Origin: the human T2T-CHM13v2.0 reference genome, Homo sapiens | Assembly (NCBI RefSeq): GCF_009914755.1 | Contig: NC_060934.1 | DNA: 64,000 nucleotides | Direction: 5' to 3' (one strand) | Shown: positions 30,556 to 45,943 of the stretch, in pieces | Position numbering within the stretch: position 1 is the first letter of the stretch | How the letters are laid out: the number at the start of each line of letters is the position of its first letter | The notes under the pieces: model-generated | Database searches by the model: none | What the model was told of the DNA's origin: nothing | Seen by the model: only the letters and a program-made list of their open reading frames with translations | Translations under genes and position numbers: made by a program

Positions 30556-31396
30556 ACCTGGCACGGGGCAGGAGGTTGTGCCCTGAAGTTTGTCCTGAGC
30601 TCCCAGCACCTCTGTGCTGTTTGATATCTGGTTCTGTGGAGTGGCCAGGCCAGGCTGCTGCGCCATCTCGCTGAAGAGCTTTGCAGATTCTTGTGATCTG
30701 GAACCTAGCGCCTCCACCCCCTAACTTAGCTCTTCCCTCCCAACACACGCTGTCAGCTCTGCGGGAGGGGAAGCTGGTCAGCCGTTGCTCTAGGAGCCTT
30801 CTCTGCCTCAGGGACACTTTCCATCAGGCCACGAGGCTGGCCCCGGATGGTCCTTGTGGATGTCGTTGCTTCTCACGCCTCTGTGCCTGTTTGGCCACTG
30901 GGACCAGAGTGGCAGCTCAGGGAGAGCATGCCTCCTAAATCAGAAAGACATTAACTGTGGTAAATGTGGCTCCCTTTTGTCAGTTCCCATAAGACAAGAG
31001 TCTTGAGAAATACGCTCTTAGCAGTCGGGGCGGACGAGTCAGCTATCGCCCGGCCAGCCAAGGGCGGCCCCTCCCAGGTTGAGTTCCCTCACTTTGTAGT
31101 TCTGTCTCTCATTTTGCTGCCGCTTTGAGGGTGAACATGGTGAAGAAAGGATGTGCAGATGTATTTATTTTGCTCTTGTTTAAAAAAAATAAAAATCTGA
31201 TAGAAAGTTTGGGGGCGTTGCAGACTAAAGCCAGTTTCGGGGATTATCTGTGGAGTGCATCCCTCACTGCCATAGGCAGAGGCGCTCAGCAGTGGTTTGT
31301 CTACCTTCCTGTTCTTGCTCAGGAATATATTTACTGTCAATAGGATGAAAGAGAGGATTTCCCTTTTCATTTTTCTGCAAAAGAACTTTTCCTTTC

Positions 31397-31602
31397 CAAG
31401 TGTGTCCAACCCCCGGAGGACAGCTGTGAGTGTGACCCAACACAAATTCGTAAATTTTCTTAAAACATTATGAGATTTTTTTGGCGATTTTTGTTTTTTA
31501 GCTCATCAGCTACTATTAGTATTAGTGTATTTTATGTGAGGCCCAAGACAATTCTTCTTCTTCCACTGTGGCCCAGGGAAACCAAAAGATTGGACACCCA
31601 TG
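31397..31602 (-). mobile_element. MER30 hAT MITE
   Basis: gtgtccaa...aaaagattggacacc termini; gctcatcagcta, ggcccaagacaattcttcttcttcca. Confidence 0.8.
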
Positions 31603-32297
31603 TAAACCTAGACTGAAGACGCTCTCACCTTAGCAAACAGTACGTTTGAGTGAAAAGAGCTGCAACAAGGATCAGATTGACCTGGTTTCAAATCTCAGCT
31701 CTTTCCTATCTAGCTGTGTGATGTGGGACAAGTTACTTAACTTCTCTGAGGCTCATTTTTCTCACCTATCAGGTGCACTTCATGGTAGTTGTCAGAGTTC
31801 AAAGGATTGTAGCAGAAAACATTTATGAATGACTCACTCAGGACCCAGTTCATGGCAGACAATATAAATGAAGTCTCTTCTGAAAGGAAGTTCGTGTAGA
31901 CGCCACATTCCCACTGGGTAACGTTGGCCAACTTACCTGACCTCTCATACCTCTGTGTCCTCCCCTGTAATTTGGGAATAATAGTGACCATGCTACCAGC
32001 ACTTCCTGTCAAGGATTGTTGGGGTGAGTGAGTGAATACATCATAAAAGAAGACCTAACTCAGAATCCAACAAGTACCTTGTCAGCTCTAGCTATTTGTC
32101 TCTATCCTTAAAAATTTTCTGGAAAGTCTGTGCTAAAGACACTGCCATCAGATATGTTTGGGGGCAAAGGAGATTTTACTCAGATTCACTGCCTCTTCTT
32201 GTATTTTTCTACACTTTGCACTAACATATAGTGAGTGCCAGCTATGCCAGACGCTGCTGGTCGCCAGAGTGGGTGGGTAGCCAATGCTGGGCGATGG

Positions 32298-32420
32298 CCA
32301 CAGGCCAGGAACAGGGAGTCAGGATCAGTATAGAACAAGTCCCAAGGCCAGTAAAAGAGAATCAGTATAGAACAAGCCACAAGGCCAGGAACAGGGAATA
32401 CAGAGCAAGCCCAAGCCCCC
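32298..32420. repeat. Degenerate ~37-bp tandem repeat, about 3 copies
   Basis: atcagtatagaacaag at 32324 and 32361; ggccaggaacaggga repeated. Confidence 0.8.
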
Positions 32421-32868
32421 AGCATGGATGACTCTTGATGAAGAGTGCTTTAGAACCAAGAATGCAAGGTTGAATTGCAGTTTTTCTGTTTCACAGATGA
32501 GATGGGAAAATGCAATGAGCATGCTGACACCCTCCCCAAACCTTAGAGAAGGAATTAGGGGCAGGCCTGAAGCAGGAATTTCAGAGGGTAGGCCTTAGCT
32601 CTGAGCTCCACTGCACTGTCAGCTCCAGGAGGGCCCAGGGAGGGGCTTCACCTTTGTGACCCCACAGCACCCAGAAGGCCCTACACAGAGGCCAGAAATG
32701 TTGCCTTGAGCTGACTTGAGGTGACGTCACAGACTCCAGACCTCAAAATGAGTATTTCTTTTTATGTCAGCCTGATTTGTGTTACAGTGCTTAGTACGGC
32801 ACTGCCATAAAATAGCCATGTATTATGTGTTTGTTGACTGACTGAGTTCCATCAGTAATCTCGCATCT

Positions 32869-32906
32869 CACACACACACACGCACACACACACACTCACC
32901 CACACA
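32869..32906. repeat. Interrupted (CA)n microsatellite
   Basis: Direct reading. Confidence 0.85.
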
Positions 32907-32980
32907 CCCCTTCATTTTTTTTAAATTTACATTCTTTATATACTGTAGCGTCTTCATATTTCTTTCTAGTTAAAAATGCC

Positions 32981-33286
32981 TGTTGAGTGCACTGACTCAT
33001 ACCTATAATCCCAGCATTTTGGGAGGCTGATGGGGGAGGATTGCTTGAGGCCAGAAGTTCAAGACCAGGCTGGGCAATATCACGAGACTTCATCTCTTAA
33101 AAAAAAAGAAAAGAAAAATTAGCCAGGCATGGTGGCATGCACCTGTGGTCCCAATTACTTAGGAGGCTGAGGTGGGAGGTTTGCTTGAGCCCAGGAGGTC
33201 AAGACTGCAGTGAGCCATGATTGTGCCACTGTACCCCAGCCTGGGCAACAGAGCAAGACCCTATCTTCCTTCCTTTAAAAAAAAAA
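32981..33286 (+). mobile_element. Alu (J-like) upstream of exon 6
   Basis: Full Alu. Confidence 0.9.
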
Positions 33287-33355
33287 GCCAACACATAAAA
33301 TGGGTTATGTCTCTCTACTCAGTTTTTATACTCACTGAAAGTTCAGGCCAAATAG

Positions 33356-33505
<150 letters not shown>

Positions 33506-33545
33506 TAAGTACTGCCTGCTGCCTTGGGTTCTTCCTCTACCGGCC

Positions 33546-34340
33546 TTTTTTTGTTTGGTGAAATATACATGAAACAAAATTTACCATTTTTAAGGGTACA
33601 GTTTAAGGGTGCAGTTCAGGGCCATGTTTAAGGGTACAGTTCAGTGGCATTAAGTCCATTCACAGTGTTGCACAACCACCATTACTATTCACTTCTAGAA
33701 CTTTTCCATCACCCCAAACTGAAACTCTACCCCTTACATAAAAACTCCTTTTCCCTTCTCCCCTAGCCCCTGGAAACCTCTGTACTCTTTTCTGTCTCTA
33801 TGAACTTGACTCTTCTGGGGACCTCATATAAGTGGAATCACACAGTATCCATCCTTTGATGTCAGGCATATTTCACTTAGCAAAACATCTTCAAGGCCCA
33901 TCCATGGTGTAGCATGGGTCAGAATTTCCTTTCATTTTAAAAACTGAGTAATATTCCGTTGTGTGGATAGACCATGTTTTGTTTATCCCCTTGGTCCGTC
34001 GATAGACATTTGGGTTGTTTCCACCTTTTGAGTAATGCTGCTGTGAACACAAGTGTAGAAATATCTGTTTAAATCCCTGCCTTCACTTCTTTGGGGTTTC
34101 TATCTAGAAGTGGAATTGCTGGGCCATGTGGTAGTTCTACCTTGAATTTCTGAGTAGCCACCATGCAGTTTTCTGTAGCAGCAGCACCACCAATTTACAT
34201 TCCCAGCAGCAAACACAAGGGTTCCAGTTTCTCCACATCTAAACCAACAGTTGCCATTTTCCTTTTTTTCAATAATAGCCCTCTAATGGGTGTGAAGTGG
34301 TATCTCATTGGGGTTTTCAATTTGCATTTTTGTAATAGCT
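33546..34340 (-). mobile_element. Old L1 (L1MB-like) 3' fragment, antisense, just downstream of exon 6
   Basis: cagttcagtggcattaagt, ggacctcatataagtggaatca, ttacattcccagcagc...ttccagtttctccacatc. Confidence 0.8.
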
Positions 34341-35218
34341 AATTAAGCCTCTTTTCATGTGCCACTTTGGCTTTTTGGTGGATACAAACCACTTGGAAAT
34401 AGTACATCTCCCAAAGAAATCATAATGAGAAAAAAATGCAATGAAAATCTCAATTTCGCCTTTAGATTTCTCATTTCTTCTGAGACGTCTTATCTCCATA
34501 ACCCAGGAAATGCAATTCTAGGCCATAGGCTTGTTGCAGTTATTTCAGGATCATCAGTTTTGTTTCTTGTTTTGCTTAAGTCTACTGTAAAGTTATTTTT
34601 AAATTACAATTTCTTTTACAAGTTATACTTTCAAATGCTTATTATGGAACATACTTTTAGGGTAGGCTTAGGCCAACTTGTTTCTGCAATTGCTAGGAAA
34701 TGAATTTCCCCATTTCATCACCCCCAAGGAGAAACATTTCCTTGCAGAAAGAGCCCCCTGCACACAATAAAAGACTGCAGGGGATGGTGATTGGAGAAAG
34801 TTCTGGCAGTGTGTGGCATCCTCTTCTCCTCCAGGAATGCTGGAAACATTCCCCCACTACACCACCACCACATTGGTTTTGGTGCAGTATCTGAGAAGCA
34901 GATGGCCTTTCTCCAGCGTTCAGCTGGGCTGCATTTGTAGTTTAGTGTGGATTTAGGTAACAGTGCCTGTAGATTCTTGTCGTTATCACAGGAGAATTTC
35001 ATCCATTGCCATATACTTGGCCTAAAGGACTCTCGTTTATGGAAATTGGTAAAGGGCAGATTCATCTGAGCTTTAAAACTAACATATTGCACTTACAGAA
35101 TGCTTTCCCTTTCAAAAGACATTGATCACCTTTTGCAGTTTTATCCTTTTGAGGTGTGTTTCACATCCTTTTGAGAATCTAATGAAGGTCATGGGTCCTA
35201 TCCCCTAATAAAATCACA

Positions 35219-35253
35219 TGTGTGCGCACACACACACACACACGCACGCACAC
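35219..35253. repeat. (TG)/(CA)n alternating purine-pyrimidine tract
   Basis: Direct reading. Confidence 0.8.
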
Positions 35254-35736
35254 AATTTTGCATACCATTTTCTCGGGGGGTGTGGTCATTGTCCTGGGTA
35301 AGCAGACACTGGACAGGAGCCCTGTGTTATTCACCCTGGCTCTCTCAGTCCTCAATTAGAAATCTTATCAGAGGTCCAGCCTCATCCAGCTTGACTATGG
35401 AAGGCTTAAGGAAATAAATGCTAGGCCAGGCCTCTTCCTGCAAAGAACTGAAGCTGGTATCAGTCATCTAGAGAAACCTTCCCTGGGGCTGGGGAAAGTA
35501 GCCCTTTTTCTGGCCTTCTGGTTGTTTGTTCCTTTATGTCTATCTGGACCTTGAACCATGACTATGGTCTGCACGAATGTCTGTGGACTCCCTTTGGGTT
35601 TGTTTGTATAATTATTTCCCTGAAGTTACAGCCTTGGGGTGGGACATTGGTACAGCTCTGGTTAGGTACTTGTTGACAGATGCTGCCAGATGTTTCTTAG
35701 AATGACCTGGATAAGCAGTTTAAAACTAAGCAATGA

Positions 35737-35955
35737 TGTCTTAGTCAGATCAGGCTGCTACAACAAAATGCCATGTGGTTTAAACAACAGATATTTATTT
35801 CTTACGGTCTGGAGGCTGGAAGTCCAAGATCAAGGTATCAACCAATTCATTTCCTGGTGAGGGCTCTTTTCCTGACTTGCAGACAGCCACCTTCTTGCTG
35901 TGTCCTCACATGCTGTAGAGAAAGTACAGAAGAGCAAGCTCTCTGGTATCTTCTA
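35737..35955 (-). mobile_element. MLT1A-like MaLR LTR fragment
   Basis: tgtcttagtc...ggctgcta, tctggaggctggaagtccaagatcaagg. Confidence 0.7.
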
Positions 35956-36129
35956 ATCCAGTCACTGGCAAAGCAAACAGGATTATCATGGTTGGCCAAG
36001 TGGAGCAGTTGACAGTGGGGAGAAGCCTTGAGTGAAAGCACAGTTCTTCTAGTGAAGAAGGAGGCAGGAAACGTGTTGGCAGTAGGCAACTAACCACGTT
36101 TACCATGGACTGTAGGTAGGAAGATGTTG

Positions 36130-36720
36130 GAAAGAGGGCCAGCATGGCTAGATAGTATCAAGACAATACATCAGAAAGCGACATGCAAGAAGTAACCTAG
36201 TGCCAGAACAAAGAGAGACTGATTAGAAAGTTTGGATTTTAACCCAAGAGCAGTAGGGAGGGTTTTGAACAGTGTTGTGATCTGATCTGATTTACGTTCG
36301 AGTATTATCCCAGCCACTCTGAAGAAAGCGTTGGAAGGAAAATGTGGAAGGTGGAGAATGAGTGGGAAGCTCTGGGCAGAGGAACAGTGAGAGGCGCTTC
36401 TCCTGGGGAGGCAGTGATTATGGGCAGAGTAGTGAAGAGATCTCAGATATATTTTGGATGTGGAGGATGAAGGAGAGGTAGTCTTCAAGTCTCAATCCAA
36501 GGAGTTGGCTTAAATAACTGTGTCGATGGTTAAGAAAAAAGAGAGAGGAATGGTAGAGGAGCCAATTTAGAAGGGTGGGTGAGATCAATAATTTGGTGAT
36601 TTAGGAAGGGGGGTGAGATCAATAATTTGGTTTTGGATACATTAAGCTTGAGACCCTTGGAAGATACCCACTGAGTAGTGTATGCACGTGTGGAATTCAG
36701 GAAAGGTCCAGGATAGAGAT
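36130..36720 (-). mobile_element. L2 remnant
   Basis: gggagggttttgaacag...tgatctgatttacgtt, tttggttttggatacattaag; boundaries approximate. Confidence 0.6.
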
Positions 36721-39453
36721 CCTGGCACGTACTTCTGAGTATGATTTGACAAGTGGTGCACCCAAACCCTTATGATTTCCGTATGCACTGCAACATTTGC
36801 CAGGGTTCAAGTGTAGTATTAAGCAAAGACATGCCGTATTCCTTTGAGTATAAATTTGGCAAGTTTCTACTTGATGGTTTCCTGGTCACACTAGCTTTGC
36901 CCCAGAGACTAGTCCCACATCAATTTCATGACTGTGTCAGACTTCAAGATGGCAGCCTGGGCTTCTGTTTTCCCTAGTGCCTTCCAGAACTCTGTGAGTC
37001 CCAAGCAGAAAATGAATGGACTCTTGGCATCTCAGTTGTATTCTGTAAGATGTTCAGACTCCTATGGGTGATAGGTCAAATCCTGGGTATGATTGACTAT
37101 ATAACACGACTGCACTTGGAGTACCACCAGCCTCAACTTTATTATCAGTAGATTAATCTCCTTATGAATTCATCTTTTCTCACCATACAGATGGTTGGTA
37201 CTCTGTTGAGAGGCATCGAGTCTGTATCATCTTTCCATGTTTCACCCTTTGCACGGTGCCTGGAATAGAGAAGGTAATCAATAAATGCTGGTTGTTGACA
37301 CTAAGAATGATAAGTTTGAGGCTGGGGGTCTGATGTACAGGGAGGCCCATGCACAGCTATAGTAGGTCACAGAATGCAGTGGTCATTGAGGACAGGGAAA
37401 AGCACCATCAAGGCGGGTCTAGAAGGTTGGATAAGCAGAGAGATAAGAGCATCAGACAGGACAGGGGAGGGAGGCAAGGACCAGAGCAGGGTGCCATGGC
37501 CTGTGTGAGGGCTCATGAAGCTATCCTCTGACTGTTCTGTAGCCTGGGTTTGTGTCGATGTCAGAGGTGGGCACTGGATTTAAGCAGCGTTAGACATCAG
37601 AACTCGTTTGTCTCATTCTCAGACTCTTTCTCCTTCCTGTGGGTCCACCGTGCCTGGTCTCCCATTCCCACCTAAAGACTTATGCACAAGGCCACTGAGC
37701 GGTCCATGAGCAACAGGCAGCATGCCAGGGAGGCCACCTCCCCACACGGAAGTCACGGAGCGCCTCATTCTTCCCAGCCACTGTAATGGAAAAGAGGTCA
37801 GCCCCTGCAGTGTTTTGGAGCATAGCACTCTTATTTTTTATTTCTGTTTGATAAACCTGTCACGCTGAGATATCAGACTGCAGCCAAAGTGGCCGTGACA
37901 AGCCGTGGCACCGAGTTTTCTCCTCTTGCACGCCATATAAACATTCCTCCTTTTGCTGGTGTGCGCCCTTGATAAATTGGCCCTCTTTTGGTCTCCATTT
38001 ATCTACTATTCATCATTTGGAAGGAGAAGTATTTTTTCCTACCAAGGACACTCATTTTTAAAAACCCATGTGATGAGTTCTTATCCTGCCAGGAATCTTG
38101 CTTTGGGGATTAGGACTTGCAAAAAACATCTTTGCTCAAATAGCTTATGCTGCCAGGAAGGGCTGAGGACGGCGTGGGTTGCGCTTTGTGATAAGCGTGT
38201 TGGTGTCCAGTGTGACGGGCTTGGCTCAGCCAAGATAGCATAAGGTCCAAGGCACAAATTTTCTCAGTCAAGATGAACCTCAGCATCTCACAGATCAATC
38301 TTGATTCTGTGATAACATGCGGCCCGCCTTTCTTCTCAGAACTTGAAGGATACTCATTTTTTAAATGATTATTTAACGATCATTTGCCTAAATTATGCTC
38401 AAGTATGCTGCGTATTGTGAGGAGACACTGAATGTGGGCTAACAGCTGAGAAGGATCCTAAAGAGATTCCCACTCCCAAATTGGAACAGGCACGTCAGAG
38501 GCACAAGAGCAGGCTGGACGGGTGGGCTGAACTTGGCCATGGGTGGGGAGACCTCAGACCTCTCTGCCTAGAAGAAACTCTAGGCAAAACGCTGATGGTA
38601 CTCCACTTTCTTTAGTGAGCCTCTACATTGCTCACTTTTTAAAATTTACTCACATAAATGTCGATTTGCCTGTGCATGCAGCTGAATTAGCTTTGGAAGA
38701 ATGGAACAGGGAAGGCCTAATCTGCATGCTTATATCCATGTTCTGAAACAAGAGATGAGCCTCGCCAAGGCAGTTCCCATCCCTTTGAGCAATTGACAGC
38801 TGGCTCTTGATGGAATACATATGTTCTAAGGAGAATTTGAGCCCAGGCATCCCCCAGAGAGAATGCAGCGTGGTCACCGAGCCCCAAGCCCCGGGGGGTC
38901 GTGATGGCTGTTATTCCTATCAGCATGAGGAGTGCTGACTTTAATAGGGACTGTTCACTGATGTGGCCAGCGGGCAACAGTCGCCTGCTTATATTCATGA
39001 GCTTTGTGAGGTGGGGCACGGTGCCTCATTCAGGCCACTGTGGGCCCATGGTCTGGATTTTGGCTTTAGAAATTTGGAAACTTAGTTTGATCTGTTTATT
39101 CATCTTGTTCAGACATCTTTGTGAATTGATTCACAGTAACTAGACTCAGAGGAGAAAAAAAAAGACTGGACTGTCCACTTACTAAATCATAATGCAGTTT
39201 GTGCCTCACAAGGTAATTGGATATGCATGTCAGCAAACAAACATGTTCTCTCCCCTATAGGAAATGCTCCGTGAGAAACCAAATGAAAAGCAGAAGTTTT
39301 CTTTCTTTTGGAACAGGGTATCAGAGCAGTGGAGGCGGGTGGCCTTAGATATATTCACGAAGCCTGTGCTGGTCTCCAGGCCACCTTCTCCATAGAAGGA
39401 TGATTCCGCTGAGCAGCTCTTTCTCTTGGCTGGGTAGCACAGCTGACCAGTTC

Positions 39454-39766
39454 CTTTTTTTTTTTTTTTTTGTTTAGAGACAGGGTCTTGCTTTGTCACC
39501 CAGGCTGGAGTGCAGTGGTGCAATCATAGTTCAATGCAGCCTTGACCTCCTGGGCTCAAGTCATCTTCCCACCTCAGCTTCCAAGTAGCTGGGACCATAG
39601 GAGTGTGCCACTATGCCCAGCTAATTAAAAACAAAACAAAACACAACAAACTTTTTTTTTTTAGAGACGGGGTCTCACTATGTTGCCCAGGCTAATCTTG
39701 AACTCCTGACCTCAAGTGATCCTCCCAAAGTGCTGGCATTACAGGTATGAGCCACAGTGCCCAGCC
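39454..39766 (-). mobile_element. Alu (J-like)
   Basis: Flanking repeat ctgaccagttc. Confidence 0.9.
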
Positions 39767-41657
39767 CCTACTGACCAGTTCTTATGAACCCTCCTTTCTT
39801 CTGCTTTAAAGACCAGCCACCAGCCACCCACCATTTCCCATTATCACTCCAGCATCGTAGTTTGATTACAGCAGGCATCGATTGTTTGTTATGATTTCCA
39901 GTTGACTCATTTTAGTTCATGGATTGCATTTCGGTTTGGCTGCTTTCCAAGGGTTTTCAGAAAGGACCTCGTCTCCCCATCACATTCTCTGCCGAGTCCA
40001 TCCTGGGGATGCTAAATGCCACCTGTGGGTTGTGAGTCCCTGCAGCTTTAGTTGCAGGCAGAATTTGGGCCATATTTCAGCTTTGTTAAGCTGAGGCAAG
40101 GGACTTGAGGCATTGTCTGTGACAATTGGTTTACTACCTCTAACCCCTCAAAATACTCTGGTGTCAGAGAGCAGGTACAGGAGGTACACAACAGTGAGGG
40201 GGGAAACTTCACAAGCAGAGCAGTTGAGGGAAATCGGGCTTTTAGATGGTGAGGGGAGCAACTCCCTGCCGGTGACCTCAGGCCGTGTGGAATGCACCAA
40301 CTTCTGTGGCTTTGCCTTCAAAGGCCATGAGGTAGAGAGGGCACCACAGAGCGAGAGGTCAGAAGGTAGTGGCTCACAGCCGTCACTTTTGTGCCCTGAA
40401 TGGCGTGGCTTCAGGCCAGATGGAGAAACATTTTACTTCCTGTGCTCTTATTTTCATCTTAACCCCATCTCCTAGAAGCCATAGTTTATATAGCAGCTAA
40501 AGGCTTTGGGATATTTGGCCTGAAGAATGGAAGGCAGGGGATTGACATCCATTCACTTAACTCACTTTTATCGAGCCTAACATGTGTCAGGCAGTGTGAT
40601 GGGGATGCAGAGATGGATGTATCACCGGCCTGGCCTAGGAGGCACTTACTGTCTGCTGGAGGTGACAGACATTAAACAGATAAATTACAATCTAGTCTTA
40701 CCAGCTGCCTGAAATGGGAGGGAGGTGATGGGGCAGCTCCTAGAACAGAGCTGGGACTCTGCCCTGGCCTGAGGAAGCCTTCCCAGGATAGGTTACAGCG
40801 ATCTGGGTTTGGAAAGATGGGTGAGAATCTGCCAGGAGAGAGCTAGTCCAGGCTGCGGGAAGAGCTCTGTCTTCAATATCTGCCTAGAGAGACTGATGGT
40901 TTATCCTCTCAAGACTCAATTATCTAAAGATAAAATGTGCTGTTTGTGTATGAGAAAAGAGATGCCATTCAATTAGAAACATAGTGTTTAAAATAGAGTT
41001 TGAAGGAGTTGATCGAGCTTTGAACTTTTAATATCTCAAACTTGGGGATGGGGAAAATATAGTCTCTGAATTATCAGGATTTTTCATTCCCCTAGCAGGA
41101 CATTGTGCACACAGAAGAATCAGGGGCTCTTTATTATGGTTTTATATATGTATTGCAGGTGCACAGCAGCAGCACTCAGCAGGACAGGAGCAGGGCATAG
41201 ATGGTGAAAAGAACCAAGGAACATGCACAGGGGGAAAATGCCCAGCTCCACGGTGGGTGGCACAATAGCAAGCGGGTGGCTTCAGGCCCCATTTGTGACG
41301 AAGAGAGTAGAGATGGAGGCCAGGAGGGGAGGGATTCCATCGTACACCAGCAAGTCAGGGAAACCCTGGAGGACACGGGTGGGAGGATCCTTGGAAGAGT
41401 TGATCAGAAGCCCACGACTCGACGCAACACCATGTAATGTGGTGCACGGTGCCACCTTCCCGCTTTTGGTCTCCTTGCCGTCCACGTTCCAAGGGCTTGT
41501 TTTCTAGTCCATCTCAGAAGTGCATTGTTGGGAGTCAGCAGAGGACACGCCGAAAGTGCAGTGAAAGGCCTCAGCCAATGGGGTGGAGGGAGCACGACAT
41601 TGCCCTGGGGCCATTGTCAGCCTATGCAGATGCGTAACTGCTTACCCATCCAAACTA

Positions 41658-41735
41658 GGAGGGAGGGAGGGAAAGAGGGAGAAAAAGAAGGAGAGAAGGA
41701 AGGAAGCTAGGGAGGGAAGGAGGGAGGAAGGAAGA
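41658..41735. repeat. GA-rich (GGAG/GGAA) low-complexity polypurine tract
   Basis: Direct reading. Confidence 0.8.
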
Positions 41736-41803
41736 ACCTAACCACCAAGTAAGCAAAGTCAAGCTGCAGAAATCTAACTTGGAAATTCTCCATGGGTTCC
41801 GCA

Positions 41804-41856
41804 TCATCGGTTAGCGCTTGGTGCTAATCGCCTCCAGGTTGGGTGTCTGCACCCCT
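41804..41856 (+). pseudogene. Degenerate tRNA-Ile(AAT)-like sequence, probably the head of a tRNA-derived SINE (MamSINE1-like)
   Basis: ggttagcgcttggtgctaat..c.aggt.g.g.gt..g..cccc aligns with tRNA-Ile ggttagagcgtggtgctaataacgccaaggtcgcgggttcgatcccc; B box degenerate. Confidence 0.45.
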
Positions 41857-43479
41857 CATGCTTTGGTGTAAAATCCACCCCTCGTGAGAACTAACTCCTC
41901 TGCTTTGTCCCAGGTGTGCGCTCAGTTTCACTGTTAGCCATGAGCTGCTCTGAAAGTGGTTTTTTCCCAACTTCCTGCAGATGTATTTGGCCCTTTAGGA
42001 GGAGGCTTGGTACTCTGCACACATGCTCCGGGCTTTCTCGAGGTGGTGTCCATCTGGCTAATGCAGGAATCAAAATGTGGATTTTGCTGCTCACTAGTCA
42101 TGCTTGGGGATGTGTTTTGTTCTCCCTCCCCTCCTCCCCGCCAGTGTTCAATTTCAGTCGTGCATCAACTTTCTAAGGAGTGGGTTTCCCTTTTCCTCTC
42201 TGGTATTCCCTTTCCTTTTTCCCCTAAATCTTTTCCTAATCTGCTTACTCCTTCTCAGTTTTCAAGGCATTGTCTAAACCTCAGGGGGTGCAGCAGGCAT
42301 TTATCCCCCTTGCATTTTCATCACCAGTACTTTGCCGGAGTCACCCTCTGCATGGTTTAATATGTGAACCATTCCTAGTTTCCCTGGCCTGCTCTCTTCT
42401 AAGTTTGCAAGGAGAAAGCTCTGGAAACGCACACAATCAAATATACGGTTACTGAAATCATTGGATTACGTTTTTATAACGATTCAGGTCTCATTGGCCA
42501 TTAAATGCTATAAATCCAAATAATATGCTAAAACCTGTTTTGGTTACTAAGTTGGCCTTGCAAATAAGTACAAAAGATTTATCAGCTTTTAAAAGCTTTG
42601 CTTTATTTTATTATTTCTTAAAGTCTGTCATATTATACAGAGTAAGATGAATACAATTCAGATTTCTTCCTACAGGATGCAGACATTCATTCAATAAACA
42701 TTTGTTAAATACTGACCGAGTGCCAAGGCAGAGGACAAACAGTGGCCACCCAGTGGTCGCTACATGTGGGCACACTCTGACATCCTAAGGAGCAATGCCC
42801 AGAGTTGATTGATTTTGCTCGTGTTTTTCAGACCCCCATTGGGCCTGGGTTGGCCTTGAAGCTTGCCTAGTGTGTAATATACATGGAGATTTGTTGCTTC
42901 GGTCATTTTTATGGCACCTTGGCCTAACTGCATAAAAAATACTCCTTAACAAATATGCCTTTGAGCAGGCGTTCTCAGGAAAGCTTGAGCTGTTCTAGAA
43001 TTGAGCCATCCATCCTTGGCTAAGTGTTCAGAAATACTGGCACACAAAGATCAAACTTCTAAAGCAGGTTGAGTGCATTCTGTCATCATGTTCATAATAC
43101 AGCGCTCAGAATAATGACCAGAGGCAGCGTCTCCCTCTGTCCCTTCTGCAGCAGCTTAGAAGGTTATGTCAGGGTGTACGGTTGTTAGTGGGTGGTTCTG
43201 AGACGTTGCCCAAAATTTTAAAGTATGTTGCATCATTTTCATGGGTAGAGTGTGGGACATTGGGGTGAGTCCTCAGGGCTCATCTGCTCCTCTCTCCACC
43301 TCAACATTGCTCTTCCTGATGCTGTGTGGCTGCCCTCTCACTTCAGCATCTTTCAGCTGGAGGAACCTGAGAAGGAGGAGATGGAGTTGGGATGAAAAGG
43401 AGAAGAGGGGGATAAGGGTGTGGGAAGCAGCATTTAATGATCACTATGTCACTGGAACTTTCAGATGTTACATCTCTAG

Positions 43480-44030
<551 letters not shown>

Positions 44031-44754
44031 TTTATGTGTCATACATATTAGGACATGGAATACATGACATATGTTCCAATATTTATATAAAGTGGGTGTT
44101 GTTATCCCCATTCACTGAATAAACTGGACTCAGAGTGGGTGACTCATTTCCCCAGTGTCACTCACACAGTTCCTGATGGAGCTAGGCTCTGCACCTGTGT
44201 CTCCTTTCCTCTGACTTCCTGGCTGAGGAAGACTTGCCACACAAGGAAAAAGTCGCCCTTTTTCCTTGAAAAAATCACTTCTATTCTCCTTCATGGCCTT
44301 TTCTCCCAGTTGGATTAAAACAGAGAGTTCTGGGTTGCCATTAACTAATGATTATTCAGTTATCAGTGTGAACTGCTATGTTCAAATATTTTTTCATAAA
44401 ATATTTTAAAATAAGTGTCAGCACTTTCACAGGTGTTTAGAAAATTCACTTATATCTATTAACTTTATTTTCCAATTTCTCCCCATCAGCGAGGCACTCC
44501 TGTCCCCTGGCCAGCCTCACAGAGCCCTGCAAGGTCTCGCCAGAGGGAACTCTTTTGCCTTTGTATCTTCTTGCAGCTTTGCATGGGAGCATAGCGCTGA
44601 AAAAGGCTTCTCCGTCCTGTTGGGATTTTCTCAGTATAAATGCAGTCTCAGTTTTCTCCAGGCCCTTTCTCCACAGACAGGGCCATCATTATCCTGGCCA
44701 TTCTCCTCCCATCTGTCTTCAGAAATGCAGACTGGGTAGAACATTCCGCATTGA

Positions 44755-45085
<331 letters not shown>

Positions 45086-45619
45086 TGCTCTTCATTTCTT
45101 TGGCAGGTCACGTGGCCTCGTCTCTGGCTCTGTTTCTAAAAGTATGATACAGAAAAATCATGACCGTCTGACTGCAGAGGCAGGTTCTGAAAGAGAACAT
45201 GCAGGTGTGGTGTTTCCCCATCTTTGCAGTGGCACATCTGGATGGAGGTCCTAAAGGTTAATATGACCTGGCTCTGGAGTTGGACAAAGAGACTAAAATT
45301 CTGTGCTGTCCCTTAGATGTAAGCAAGTAGCCTAATCTTTCATGCATTTAATTCCTCATCTGGAAATTGAAGATTGAAAAACTTAGAACTATGCATTAAA
45401 TAAGACAATAATATATGTAAATTACATAGCCCAGTGCCTGGCACGGTGACAGCTCCGTACATGGTAGATGTGGTTATTAACGTTTATAGGACACATTCAC
45501 TAGAAGTGGTTTCTCTATTGTAGAAAAGTAAATGTTCCACTGTCCCATTTAAATAAGGCTGGACTATGGAACCCTGAGGGGCAAGACCTGGGTCTGTCTT
45601 ACTCACTGCTCCATGATCA

Positions 45620-45943
<324 letters not shown>

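Noticed and set aside
37780-39150. Repeat-poor stretch that might be a conserved enhancer
   Set aside because: Cannot be supported without alignment or chromatin data
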